This document shows, one piece after another, positions 12,326-24,880 of a DNA stretch of 64,000 nucleotides. The notes beneath the pieces are model-generated. The model did no database searches and was not told where the DNA came from. It saw only the letters and a list, made by a program, of their open reading frames with translations. The DNA is taken from the NCBI RefSeq assembly GCF_006345805.1, contig NC_043020.1:15748001-15812000 (forward strand). Direction: 5' to 3'. Position 1 is the stretch's first letter. Each line of letters opens with the position of its first letter. Source of the stretch: Octopus sinensis (Eukaryota). The translations under genes and the position numbers were made by a program.

Positions 12326-13470
12326 GTAGGGATATATACTTCTTTCAGTTTCCACCTATCAAACTTACTCACAAGGCTTTGGTAGGCCCAAGGTTGTTGT
12401 AGAAGATACTTTCCCAAAACTTCATTTAGTGGGATGGAACCCACGAAAACATGTTTGGGAAGCAAGTTTCATATTACACAACCATGCAAGATAATTGCTC
12501 AGATGAACACCAACCAGCACAGAGCACTTACCAACATATATGTAAAACATTTAAACTTATTCTCCTGTAGAAAATTCCACAGGTGACGAAATAGTTTCCT
12601 CATGAACAAAACTATTAAAACAAAAGAAAAACAAAACGCTTCACTGAAGTGCCAGGGAGAAATAAGACTAAATTTATGACAACCAAATTAAAGAGCCATT
12701 CCTTATTTCTTTTATCACTTTTTTCTACTCAAGACAAGACTCGAAACATAAATAAAAATGAATAAATAAATAAAATTGAAGCAGTATTGTTGATAAGAAA
12801 TGGTAATTCTAAGGTGGCTAAAATTTGCAACAATGCACTCTCAGAAAAGGCTACGGAACTTCACAGAATGGAATGTATCAGCAAAATTGATTATTTCAAG
12901 TTGCCAGAATGGATGTAGGTTTGGAATATAGCTGTATTTGATTTCTCCAGGGGGTACATAGATATATATATATATACATGTGCCTGTGTGTATGTATTCA
13001 TGAATGTGAATGCGTTTGAAGAAGAGAAAAAGAATGAGAAAAAGTGTATTAGTTTTGGATATAACAATACATCAAATGCACAAATATAGGTTAGGAGGAA
13101 TGAGAAGCCATGGCATTAATACATTTTCCAATGATATTAACAATAACTTAAGTGAAAATGGTCTGATAAGAGTTGAAGCACAGTTCTACACTGGTTCACA
13201 GAGAACTTACCAATACATTAAATCTCTTTTCATTCATAACATTATGGAGCCATGTGGCTCAGTGGTTATTGTGTTGTACTCATGATTGTAAGATTGTGGT
13301 TTCAATTCCTGGATTGGGTGAAGTATTGTGTTCTTGAGCAAAACACTTCATTTCACACTACTCCAGTTCACCTCAGTTAACAAAAATAAGTAATCCTGCA
13401 ATGGATCAGTGTTCCATCCAATAGGAGAATATATACACCACAGAATCCAGGAAACCAGCTTTATAAGCCT

Positions 13471-13954
13471 ATGAGCAACCCCCCCCCCATCCAATGGAAG
13501 GTGCTGAGTTGTCAAACATTTAAACCAAATTTTCTCAAAACAACTTGTTCGACTGTCCCATAGGCCTCCCCTTTGAGAAACACTGATTTAACCTAAATTT
13601 GAGACACCAGCAAAAGAAGAAATAAAGATAGACTTTTTTTCTATTCCAAAGAAAAACGATTTTATTCACACAAATGCAACCGAAAGTTTAAAGTACCAGT
13701 AAGATAAGGCTGTTGACTGGGAGAATGCAAACATGGTTTAACAGTAAGCTTGGCAGGAAAGAAGTGCCTTTAAGCTGTACAAAAACATAAAAATGGAAGG
13801 TACAGTTATGTACAGTTGACAGAAGAAAAGCAGGACAAAAACGGCTTTATCGATCGCATTCTCACCTGGGATCGATTTTTGTAATTTTTTCAAGACTTAT
13901 ACACGACCTGATACTGTCGGTATCTACATATCAAATTTGAGCACAATCAGATGG
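13471..13954 (-). mobile_element. Unclassified bipartite repeat, copy 2 (232-bp unrelated spacer at 13609-13840)
   Basis: Arms are inverted copies of 4456-4569 and 4633-4770. Confidence 0.75.
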
Positions 13955-14262
13955 AGGATGTTTGTTCCTTCCTTCTTGAGCCATGCCAGGCTCATAAGGG
14001 CTGGTTTCCCGGTTTCCTTGGTGTATAGGTTCCCCACCCAGATGGGACGCTGATCTATCACAGGTGAACTGCAAGATGCAGGAAGAAAGAGTGAGAGAAA
14101 GTTGTGGCGAAAGAGTCAGCAGAAGTTTGCCATTACCTTCTGCCAGAGCCTTGTGAAGCTTAGGTGTTTCGCTCATAAACACACACATCGCTCGGTCTGA
14201 GCTTTGAACCCATGATCTCTCGACTGCGAGTCTGCTACTCTAACCACTAGGCCATGTGCCTC
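13955..14262 (-). mobile_element. SINE family C variant (C2)
   Basis: tRNA-like head ggaggcacatggcctagtggttagagtagcagactcgcag..ggttcaaa. The body is shared with 17824-18069. Confidence 0.8.
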
Positions 14263-14575
14263 CATGGCATCTGTGCATTTTCCACATACAAACACTACTT
14301 TCTCTGATAGTCTTCCTATGATTCTACTGCACCTCTCATGTGACCATAGCTTGCACTGGGTACACCGAATAAAATTCCTGGCTTCACCTTGCCTATATAT
14401 TAAGGAGGGCCATTTAACTGATAGTAGAGTCCTTTCTGTTATTCTGCTTAATAGAACTTTGGTCTTTGTTAAGTTAACTTTTAGGCCCTTCAATTCCAGG
14501 TTTTGCTTCCACACCTGCCATTCCTTTCCTAATTTTGTTACAAATTCCACTACAGAAGCAAGATCATGAGTATGT
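14263..14575 (-). mobile_element. RTE LINE internal fragment: end of the RT domain followed by a PHD-like Cys/His cluster
   Basis: ORF 14173-14592: WKQNLELKGLKVNLTKTKVL then IRCTQCKLWSHERCSRIIGRLSEKVVFVCGKC. Confidence 0.8.
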
Positions 14576-14765
14576 ATAGATATAAATCTCAATTGAAAAA
14601 AACATAATAGTTAGCGAGAGGAAAGGCATCCAGTTCTGAAACAATGCCTCAATAATATACTTGTTTAATACATGCTGGCATGAAAAACAAATGTAAAAAT
14701 GGATAAATGAAATATATATATATGCTCCAGCATGGCCACAGTCAAATAACTGAAACAAATATATA

Positions 14766-14814
<49 letters not shown>

Positions 14815-14819
<5 letters not shown>

Positions 14820-14985
14820 ATCCAACATGAACAAGCGAAAACAACAACGTGAGGATGTGGAACCAGTATAGTGTTATTGGATGCTCAGGAAAGGAAAGAA
14901 GAAGGAGGATTTAATGCTAAGAGCGGAGCTCTTCGTCAGAAACATAGAACACACGGAAAGGTCCAAGGAAGGGAAGACGGATTAT
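14815..14985 (-). mobile_element. HHR-b family element; GAAA strand mutated
   Basis: Minus strand gtttCTGACGAa-gagc-tcc-gctc-ttagcatt-aaat. It matches 56025-56215 and is flanked by (TA)n. Confidence 0.7.
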
Positions 14986-15040
14986 ATATATATATATATA
15001 TAATATATATTATATATATATATATATATATGTATATATA

Positions 15041-15122
<82 letters not shown>

Positions 15123-15139
15123 TATATATATATATATGT

Positions 15140-15202
<63 letters not shown>

Positions 15203-15257
15203 TATAATATATATATATATATATATATAATATATATATATATATGTATAATATATA

Positions 15258-15300
<43 letters not shown>

Positions 15301-15347
15301 TATAGTATCTATATATATATATCTATATATACTATATATCTATATAT

Positions 15348-15395
<48 letters not shown>
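14983..15395. repeat. ~410-bp imperfect (TA)n microsatellite
   Basis: Seen directly. Confidence 0.95.
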
Positions 15396-15398
<3 letters not shown>

Positions 15399-15399
15399 G

Positions 15400-15665
15400 A
15401 CTGAGAAATCTAGTGCCTTGCTGTACTCAAGAAGACCTATCCGCCATAGCTGAATTAATACTGGTGTCACATCAAAAGCATTGGTGTTGGTGCCACATAA
15501 GCACCCGGTACAACCTGTGAAGTGGTTGGCATTAGGAAGGGCATCAGGCCATAGAAACCAAAGCCAGAACAGACCATAGAGCCTGGTGCAGTCCCCTAGT
15601 CTTACCAATTCTATTTAAGCTGTCCAACCAATGCCAGCATGGAAAATGAACATTGAATGATGATG
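15400..15665 (+). mobile_element. RTE LINE 3' end with (GAT)n tail
   Basis: gctgtactcaagaagacc (AVLKKT, end of ORF) then gtggttggcattaggaagggcatc..ccagcatggaaaatgaacattgaatgatgatg. Confidence 0.75.
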
Positions 15666-15941
15666 AACTATGTATGTGTGTGTGTGTGTGTGTATAGATG
15701 TATACATTTACTCACACACACACACACAAATACACACACACACAAATACACACACACACAAATACACACACACACACAAATACACACACACACAAATACA
15801 CACACACACAAATACACACACACACACACACATGAAGAAGCTAAGACTCCCATACTTTTGTCTTACTCTCTATTCCTGTGTGTTGCATATCAAACAGAAA
15901 TACAGAACGAAACAAGTGTGTTATGAGAGTGACCGTTTCTT

Positions 15942-15981
<40 letters not shown>

Positions 15982-16625
15982 TGCGTCTGTGTGTGTGCGC
16001 ATACAGATGTATTACACAAATTTTCATTTATTACATATAGTCTAGGAAAATTATAGCAGAATAATGAATTGTACTTATGTGTGTGTGTGTGTGTGTGTGT
16101 GGAATAGGGGTGGGCGGGTGGAGATTTTACTTTAGTTTGTTGCCAAGTAGTTAGTCAAAGAGTTGGATGGTGGCGAAGGAAGTTTGTGACGAGGGGGGGT
16201 GGGGGGGTTGTAGTAGTAGTAGTAATAATAGAGTTGTTTTTTTGAATTGCTGATAAAAATTGGTGGTGAGTGGGGTACCATGGTATTTGTGATGATAATG
16301 GGGGAGGGGTAATGAGGGGAACAAGTAAAATGGGTGGAGTGCGGACGGGTGGAGTGCGATGGGTGAACTGTTGACTTTGATACGACTGTAAATAAACATA
16401 AACTAACAAGGCTGATATAAGCCAATCTGTGAATGCCAAACAAATCAGGAAGGGTTTACGTGACTGCAACCACATAAAAGGAAGAACAACAGGAATGACA
16501 TTAGTCCTATATTTTAGCCTAACATATGATATGATAAAAGAAGAAACAGGGATTGAATTATGTCAGTCAAGTTTACACAAACAAACAAACACACACACAC
16601 ACATACACACGTGCACACACATATC

Positions 16626-17300
16626 ATTATCACCAACATAATTTAAGGCGGTGAGCTGGCAGAAACATTAGCACACTGGGTAAAATGCTTAACGGTATTT
16701 CGTCTGCCGCTACGTTCTGAGTTCAAATTCCACCAAGGTCGACTTTGCCTTTCATCCTTTCGGGGTCGATTAAATAAGTACCAGTTATGCACTGGGGTTG
16801 ATGTAATCGACTTAATCCGTTTGTCTGTCCTTGTTTGTCCCCTCTGTGTTTAGCCCCTTGTGGGTAGTAAAGAAATATAATTATTAGGGCGGCGAGCTGG
16901 CAGAAACGTTAGCACGCCGTGTGAAATGCTTAGCAGCATTTCGTCTGCCGCTACGTTCTGAGTTCAAATTCCACCGAGGTTAACTTTGCCTTTCATCCTT
17001 TCGAGGTCAATTAAATAAGTATCAGTTACACACTGGGGTCGATATAATCGACTTAATCTGTTTGTCTGTCCTTGTTTGTCCTCTCTGTGTTTAGCCCCTT
17101 GTGGGTAGTAAAGAAATAGGTATTTCGTCTGCCCCTATATTCTGAGTTCAAATTCTGCCGAGGTTAACTTTGCCTTTCATCCTTTCAGGGTCAATTAAAT
17201 AAGTACCAGTTACGCACTGGGGTTGATGTAATCAACTTAATTCATTTGTCTGTCCTTGTTTGTCCCCTCTATGTTTAGCCCCTTGTGGGCAATAAAGAAA
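16626..17300 (+). mobile_element. Head-to-tail array of 2.5 SINE B copies
   Basis: Heads ggcgg(t/c)gagctggcagaaac at about 16647 and 16887. A third, 5'-truncated unit starts at about 17121. Each ends in gccccttgtggg..aaagaaa. Confidence 0.9.
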
Positions 17301-17649
17301 AAAAAATTATCATCAACATAATCTAACATTCACTTTTCCATGCTAGCATGGGTTGGACAGGATTTGTTGAAGCAGATTTTCTTGTCACTATCATTCACCT
17401 GTTTCCAAGCAAGATAATATTTCCCACCCATGACTAAAGTGGTGAGCTGGCAGAATTGTTAGCACACTGGGCAAAATGCTTAGCAGCATTTCTTCTGCAT
17501 CATTGCACCCTGAGTTCAAATCCCATCAAGGTCAGTTTTGCATTTCTCCCTTTCAAGATTCATAAAATAAGTATCTGTTGAGCACTGGTGTTGACATAAT
17601 TAACATTCAACTTCACCCTAAAAAAAAAATTATTGGCCTTGTGCAAAAA

Positions 17650-18440
17650 CCATCATCATCATCATCATCAACATAATCTAATGTCAGTTTTTTGTATTGG
17701 CATGGGTTGGATGCCTTGATAGGAATTTTGCATGGCCAGGGGCCACGCCGGGTTCCATAGTCTGTTTTGGCTTGGTTTCTACAGCTGGATGCTTTTCCTA
17801 ATGCCAACCACTTTTCAGAGTGTTTTTGTTTTTGTCTGTTCCTTCTTGAGCCACCGGTCTATCGCAGGTGAGCTGCAAGATGTAGGAGGAAAGAGTGAGA
17901 GAAAGTTGTGGCGAAAGAGTCAGCAGAAGTTCGCCATTACCTTTTGCCAGTGCCGCGTGGAGCTTAGGTGTTTCGCTCATAAACACACACATCGCCTGGT
18001 TTGAGATTCGAACCCACAATCCCTTGATTGTGAGTCCGCTTCTCTAACCACTAGGCCATGTGCCTCCACTTTCAGAGTGTACTGAGTGCTTTTTATGTGG
18101 CACCAGCACCCAGACCAATGCTTTTTAAATGGCACCTTGGTTTTAGGATCTCAGTTCTGTTGTGGTGGGCAGGTGTTCTCAAGTATGGCAATATGCAACA
18201 TATCACAGTCCTCTGGCATCTCCAAGATCCAATGTTTTGAGATTGGCCTTCAATACTTCGTCCCATGTCTTCTTGGGTCTCCTTCTACTACAACTTCCAA
18301 AGAATTTAAGTGATTGGCACTTCTTCATACAACTGTCCCCCATACATCTGCATTACATGACCAAACCAGCACAGCCTCCTCTCTTGCACGCTGCATATAA
18401 TTCTTCTTATGCCCAACTTCTCTCTCAATACTCCAATGCT
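17650..18440 (-). mobile_element. RTE LINE 3' end interrupted by a SINE C2 insertion (17824-18069)
   Basis: Minus strand CSVQERRLCWFGHVMQMYGDSCMKKC..RRRPKKTWDEVLKANL. TSD tttcagagtgt at 17813-17823 and 18070-18080. Confidence 0.8.
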
Positions 18441-18904
18441 CTGACAACAAAATATAAACCAATTATTGCTGTTCTGGTTGTCATTGTTTTTCTTCTTGTT
18501 ATGACAGTAACAAGACCACTGCCGTCAACAACAATGATGAAGATGATGATGACAATGATGATGATGATGATAGTTACCTTCCAACAAACCAATGTTTGTA
18601 GCGTTTATGTTTTCACTTCTTTTTCACCAATACACAATTTCTCCATTATTGTCGAGAGGTGATGAAAAGAAAACGCAAAAAGCTCTACTCAACCTAAATA
18701 TAAATATTCAAAAACCTTACAATCCAATCACCATTAAATGAAACTTTGGTGCTACTTTAATGTTATTAAATATATTTATCTTGAAAACTTACTAGATTCC
18801 TGTGTAAGTTTTGTCACTGTACAGTAGTGAAACTTGGAGAGTAAATGTAAAGTACTAACTATATATGTAGAGTGTATATCATTTGTAATGTTGTATAGTA
18901 GTGA

Positions 18905-19240
18905 AAGAAGGCGTATGGCTCAAAGTTAGAGTGTCGAGTTTACGATCATGAGGTTGTGAGTTCGAATCCCGGACTGGGCTGCGTGTTGTGTTCTTGAGCA
19001 AGACACTTTATTTTATGTTGCTGCAGTTCACTCATCTGTAGAAATGAGTTGTGATATCACAGGTGCCAAGCTGTATCGACTTTTGCCTTTTCCTTGGGTA
19101 ACACTGGTGGCGTGGAGAGGGGAGGCTGGTATGCATGGGTGACTGTTGGTCTTCCATAAACAACCTTGCCTGGACTTGTGTCTTAGAGGGTAACTTTCTA
19201 GGTGCAATCTCACGGTCAGTCATGACCGAAGGGGGTCTCA
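18905..19240 (+). mobile_element. SINE family D (tRNA head, CORE-like central block)
   Basis: gaaggcgtatggctcaaagttagagtgtcg..gagttcgaatccc..gttgtgttcttgagcaagacacttta..gaccgaagggggtct. Other copies at 33781 (+) and 45355 (-), with variants at about 13245, 46790 and 52800. Confidence 0.8.
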
Positions 19241-19636
19241 ATATGGTAATGAAACATGGATGGTGAATGTCAAAGGACTATACATAGTTCGTGATGAGAA
19301 ATGGTATATGGTAGTGAAACATAAAGCAGTGTATGTATGTACAGAAGTATCTTTTATTTGGTTTAGTCATTAGACTGCGGCCATGCTGGGGTACCACCTC
19401 AAAGAATTTTAGTCAAACAAATTGACCCCAGTATTTTGTTTTTTTTTAAAGCCTGGTACTTCTTCTATCAGTATTTTTGCTGAATTGCTAAGTTAAGGGG
19501 ATGTAAACACACCAGTGCCTGTTGTCAAGAGGTGCTGGGTGACAAACAAAGACACACACCAACTCATACATATATGGCGGGCTTCTTTTAGTTTGTCTCC
19601 CAAATCCACTCCCAAAGCTCTAGTGGACCCAAGGCT

Positions 19637-20045
19637 GGGGTCTTTTCGGTTTGAACGGCAGTTTTTAACATGATTTCTAGGTAACTAAAAAATTTTAAAC
19701 TTCGTATACTGGTAGAATGTGTTTATAAAGCATCTTTTTCTCCTGGCTTTATTGAGAAAATTCTATAGTTTGTAAGATATTTGGTCTTTAATTTCTTGCA
19801 TTTCAGCAATTTCAACCAATCAACGACCGTCTATTGAGGTGAAAACATTCTGTGCTGTATGAATATGTCCCTCGTTCAAGTAACAGATTGGTTTATTTAC
19901 ATTTGTGAAGAAAAAAAGATACCCTTCCTCCCATCCCAAACCCTAACTCTAACTAACCCTAAATCTAAAATAGATTGAAATGCAATAGATCGATTCTAAG
20001 GTCATAATTATGGGTAACAATTTCATATGACACCACTAGAAAAAA
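19637..20045 (+). mobile_element. Unclassified non-autonomous DNA-type element with CCCTAA-like motif, truncating a SINE A
   Basis: Starts ggggtcttttcggtttgaacggcag exactly where the SINE A body breaks off. Contains aaaccctaactctaactaaccctaa. No ORF. Confidence 0.5.
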
Positions 20046-20278
20046 CAGCAAATCGACCCCGAAAGGATGAAAGGCAAAGTTGACCTCGGCGGAATTTGAA
20101 CGTAATGGCAGATGAAAACGTACTAACGTTTCTGCCAACGAAAACACACTGCAGATCAAAACTTAACCTGACTGTCAGGTACATGTGTCCCTTTTTTTAA
20201 CATGAACTGAAAATATTAAAAGTGGGCCCATCAAGTGAGTCCTATTCACCATCTCTCTCTCTCTCTCTTCTCCCTCAC

Positions 20279-20404
20279 CAACCACTCCAAGTAGAAAAAG
20301 TTGATGAGAGCTTGGTCAAAGAGAAAGAAGCCTTCAATTGTGTCCCTCTTGCAATGTCTTTCACCATGGTTACCAGATTGAGCGAATCTATCTGACATTC
20401 CTGG
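20279..20404 (-). CDS. Candidate 126-nt internal exon of an unidentified gene
   Basis: Acceptor cccctcctttag|, donor TG|gtgagg. Unique sequence, GC-richer than flanks, with open frame QECQIDSLNLVTMVKDIARGTQLKASFSLTKLSSTFSTWSG (a second frame is also open). No homology recognised. Confidence 0.35.
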
Positions 20405-20449
20405 CTAAAGGAGGGGCAGGTAACATTGAATGACAATAAAGGATTTGAT

Positions 20450-20870
20450 TGATCATGGTGATGATGGTGGTAGTGGTAGTGATGGTAGTGGTAAGAGTAA
20501 TGCTGATAATGATTATGAGAATTATAATGATGAGGATGATGAGGGTGGGAGTGGAGTGGGTGATAATGATAGTGGTAATGGTGGTGGTCATAATGGAGAT
20601 GGGGATGATGATGATGATGGTGATGGTGGTGGTAGTGACAGTGGTGGTGGTGGTGGTGATAATGGAGGTGGATGATGATGATGATGATGATGACAGTGAT
20701 GATGGTAGTGCTAGCAACAGTGGCAACAATGATGATGATGATAGATGGAATGATGAATAATGATGGTGGCAGAGGTGGTGGTGGTGGTGTTGGGTTGATG
20801 AGGACAACAACAATGCTGAAGGTGATGGTGGTAGCGGTCCTAGTGTTGGCAATGACAAGGGTGGTGGTAC
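20450..20870. repeat. Degenerate (GAT/GGT)n tract; related (CAC/CAT)n tract at 21520-21730
   Basis: Seen directly. Confidence 0.9.
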
Positions 20871-22148
20871 GGGTGTCGACTACGAGTTGTGTAGAACATA
20901 CAAGGGCACGACACAGTATATATTTCCAATTTATATGCTGCATAAGGATGTGTGTGTGTGAAGAGAGAGAAAAAGGGGGGGAGAAGAAGAGGTTGTCTGC
21001 AAGTGTGGAAAAAACTGACAAAAAAATTGAATAAGAAAAATTTAAATAAAATAAAAAAAAAAATGTTGGGCTGTTCCTTCAAAATAATAAACAATGAAAG
21101 AGAAATGATTGAAGTAGTTTAATAACAACGTTATCGTCATCATTCTCGTCATCATCTTCGTCAGCATCATCATCATCATCATTGTCAGTTTGTTGGTCAG
21201 GGTGAAGGGCAGGGCCAGACCGCTGGACTTCCATTTTATTGATTTGTGTGGACAAAACTGTTGGCAGGGTTCCAGTTATCTTTCAACAAACACTGAAATT
21301 CTTTTTGACTAGCAAAGAAATCAGATGGCAAGCAGCAGCAGTAACAGCAGCAAGTGAGAGAGAGAGAGAGAGAGATTGGGGGTTGCAGCCTGCAGCTGCC
21401 TGGCACTTCAATCACTCTTGTCGTACAAAAGGAATAAGATATTCAGCTAATAAACATTTACTTACAAATGAACCATTTCAAAAGACATCAGAACTACAAC
21501 TTTATGAGGTTTCTACCTAAACAACACCACCACCACCACCACCACCATCACCACCGCCGCCACCACTACCACCACCACCGCCAACACCATCCATCATCTC
21601 CACCACCGCCAACACCATCCATCATCTCCACCACCATCGCCACCGCCAACATCATCAATCATCCCCACCACCCATCACCCCCCATCACCATCTACGGTCC
21701 CCACCGCTACCTCCACCACCACCACCGCTTGCCTCTTTTTCTTCCTTCCTTCGTCCTTCTTTTCCTTTTTTTCTTGCTTATTCGTTAATAATCATTAAGT
21801 TAACCCAACAATGATTTTGCTATCTCTGCAGCCATAAACACTGTCATCGTCAGCCTCACCTCATCAGCATCATCATCATTACAATTAGTAGTAGTAGTGG
21901 TAGTAGTGGTGATAGTAGCAGTCATAGTGATGGCCCACTATCACCTCTGCCATCATTGTTACCAACCTCATTCTCCAGAATAATGTTAATAACCATTAAA
22001 ACAATGACAACAACAACATTCTATGGAGTGGGGTGCAGTGGCTGAGTGGTTCATACTCCAACCCCCAGTTACTTATACGTCCCTGCCCCATGTATATATA
22101 TATATATTATATATATATATATAATATATATAAATTATATATATATAT

Positions 22149-22180
<32 letters not shown>

Positions 22181-22343
22181 AGGTGCAGATGTGGCTGTGT
22201 GGTAAGAAGTAAGCTTCCCAACCACATCGTTCCAGGTTCAGTCCCACTGCAATGCAATTTCGACAAGTGTCTTCTACTATGGCCTTGGGCTTACTATGGC
22301 CTTGTGAGTGGATTTGGTTGATGGAAACTGAAAGAAGTCTGTC

Positions 22344-22376
<33 letters not shown>

Positions 22377-22409
22377 GAGAGAGAGAGGGGGGGAGAGTCG
22401 CCATGATAG

Positions 22410-22590
22410 ATCGTTAGCCACTACACACATTTCTTTTCGATCCTTGTTTTTTCTATGTCCCTTTCTGTAGAAGAACGTAGGCTCGAAACGTAAAAGACTT
22501 TTTCTATTCCTGAGCGTTATACTAATACATCTGTTTGTTTTGTACACCACCTGTCTTCGTCTTTTGTTTTCTTCGTAAACTCTCCCCTTA
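22410..22590 (+). mobile_element. HHR-a family element, motif at 22456-22498 (best-preserved stem III and stem I)
   Basis: ctttCTGTAGAa-gaac-gtag-gctc-GAA-ACGT-A-aaag. Stem I cttt/aaag, palindromic ACGT, GUA triplet; one stem II mismatch. Confidence 0.8.
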
Positions 22591-22812
22591 TATATATATA
22601 TATATATAATAATAAATATTAGGGAATAAATCCAAATTTACAGGGAAAAATCAGATTTAGGATTGAATCCAATTTTATAGTAAAATATTATATAATATTA
22701 ATTAGAGACAAAATGTAGTGGCGAATTATTTTATTTACTTTATATTAAAATTTTTTTGTATTGGATTAAGTCTTTCTTTTTTTGATTTGCAAAATAGTGG
22801 TTTTGTCTCTAA

Positions 22813-22879
<67 letters not shown>

Positions 22880-23689
22880 ATAAACTTCTTTCTCTCACCA
22901 CACGTTACATATATATATATATATACATACACATACAAATATGTGCTTGTGTGTGTGTTTTTGTGTACTTGAGAACTAGTATTGGTTTGTTTACATTCTT
23001 GTAACCTCGTGGCTCAGCAAAAGACACCAATATACGCACTAAGTACCAAGCCTTAAAAAGTAAGTTGATTCATTTGACTAAAACACTTCAAGGCAGTGCC
23101 TCAGTATCGCCGCAGTCCAAAGACTGAAAATAGTAAAGAATAAAAGAGAGAGGGAGAGAGAACATAAATTTCAAACTGTCTTCTGTCCAATATCTCTGTA
23201 TTAGCTTAGAAGTCTGGCATTTTGTGCATGCGTACGTTGGCCAGGTTTACAAATCAATATCTTCCTATGTATTGATCTCTTGCACCAATTTCATCAGATG
23301 AGGAGGCTGAAACACCTTCCGACACTTTATCTAATTACCTCATTCCTATAATGGACTCTCTATGTGGTTAAATAACCTGCAAGAAACAACAACCAAATCT
23401 CTCTCTCAAATCACACCTTGCTGTCTTAAACAGTGAAAGGATGCACAGGATAAGGTATAATTATAAATCACCTTTGATCACAGGGCTGTGGAATTAGGAC
23501 TGATCTAGGGATAAATCAACACTTCTGTGATAGGATAGAGCCTTACAAATTTGGCCTGCAAGAAATAGCAGCCAAATTGCACTTAAGGGATATGAACAAA
23601 GAGTGGGTATAATACAGACAGCTTGCAGAAACAGTGGTAGTGGTAGTGGTGGTGGTGGTGAAGTCACATTAAGGGGAAAAAAGAAAAAT

Positions 23690-24300
23690 ATGCATTGAGA
23701 CTATACACTTGGTCTGCCCTGTAAAGGGGTTGGCATAAGGAAGGACATCCAACTGTGAAAGCCATGCCAAAACAGATTTTGCTGGTGCTGGTACCACATA
23801 AAAAGCACCCAGTCCACTCTGTAAAGTGGGTGGCCTTAGAAAAGGCATTCTACTGTAAAAATCATGCGTCAACAGACCTCATCAGAGCTAGTACCAAGTG
23901 AAAAGTATCCAGTCCTCTGTAATATGTGTAAACAGACCTCATCAGAGCTAGTACCATGTGAAAAGTATCCAGTCCTCTGTAACATGGTTGGCATTGGGAG
24001 GGCATGTTGCTGTAAAAATCATGGCAAAACAGACCTTGTTAGAGCTGGTGCAGCATAAAAAGCACCTAGTCCTCTCTGTAAAGTGATTGGCGTTAGAAAG
24101 AGCATCCTGCTGTAAAAACCATGCCAAAATAGACTGTCAGAGCTACTTCCATGTAAAATGCACCCAGTCGACTCTGTAGAGAGGTTGGCATTAGGAAGGG
24201 TTTCCAGCTGTGAAAACCATGCCAAAGCAGACAATGGAGCACGGTGCAATTCTCTGGCTTTCCAGCTTCTGTCAGATTGTTCCGTGCATGCCAGCAGATG
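23690..24300 (+). repeat. RTE 3'UTR with an internal array of ~98-bp units (one 61-bp unit)
   Basis: aaaag(c/t)a(c/t)ccagtc..ctctgtaa recurs at about 23801, 23900, 23961, 24058 and 24157. Confidence 0.75.
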
Positions 24301-24704
24301 AGAAGAGATGTTAAAAGTTCAAATTAGAATTTAATTTAATTTAAATTCTAATTTAAACTTTTAACATCTTCTCTTCTCCATTTTTATAATTGTTAGTAGT
24401 GTTTTATATAAGATTTTATCTTATACATGCCTATAACAACAAACTCTTTACTTGTTATTTTCATATTTTAAATGCTTGCTATAGCAAGCTATCATTTTGA
24501 TATGATGAATATTTATTAGAAATATATCTTTTTGGACCCCACAAAAAAGTTTGAATTGTTCTACTTGAAAATACAAAAACTAAAAGAGGCAGCAGATATG
24601 CTATGACATAATAACCTCCTAAGCAGACCTAGTGCAGATATGTGTAGCATATGGGAACCAGTATTAAGGAAAGATAGGAAAATATTAGATTTATAAGACC
24701 TAAA

Positions 24705-24880
24705 ATTCTTATGACGTAGTGGTTAAGAGCACAGGCTACTAACCCCAAGATTCCGAGTTCAATTCCAGGCAGTGACCTGAATAATAATAACAACATCAGA
24801 AAAATATCTTCAAAATTCCCCCAGAACACCTGAGGAAGGCTGGAGCCCAAACGTTGTGTTAACAAGATGAGGACAAATAA
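24705..24880 (+). mobile_element. SINE-like element with a tRNA-like head and a type-I hammerhead-like motif
   Basis: Box A-like atgacgtagtggtt (24711-24724), box B agttcaattcc (24756-24766). HHR: aacac-CTGAGGA-a-ggct-gg-agcc-CAA-ACGT-T-gtgtt (24825-24860). Confidence 0.7.

Noticed and set aside
19935-19965. Interstitial telomere
   Set aside because: Only 2-3 degenerate CCCTAA units, inside a dispersed element.
23290-23325. cagatga..gaaac hammerhead-like string
   Set aside because: The core is mutated and I could not pair convincing stems I, II or III.
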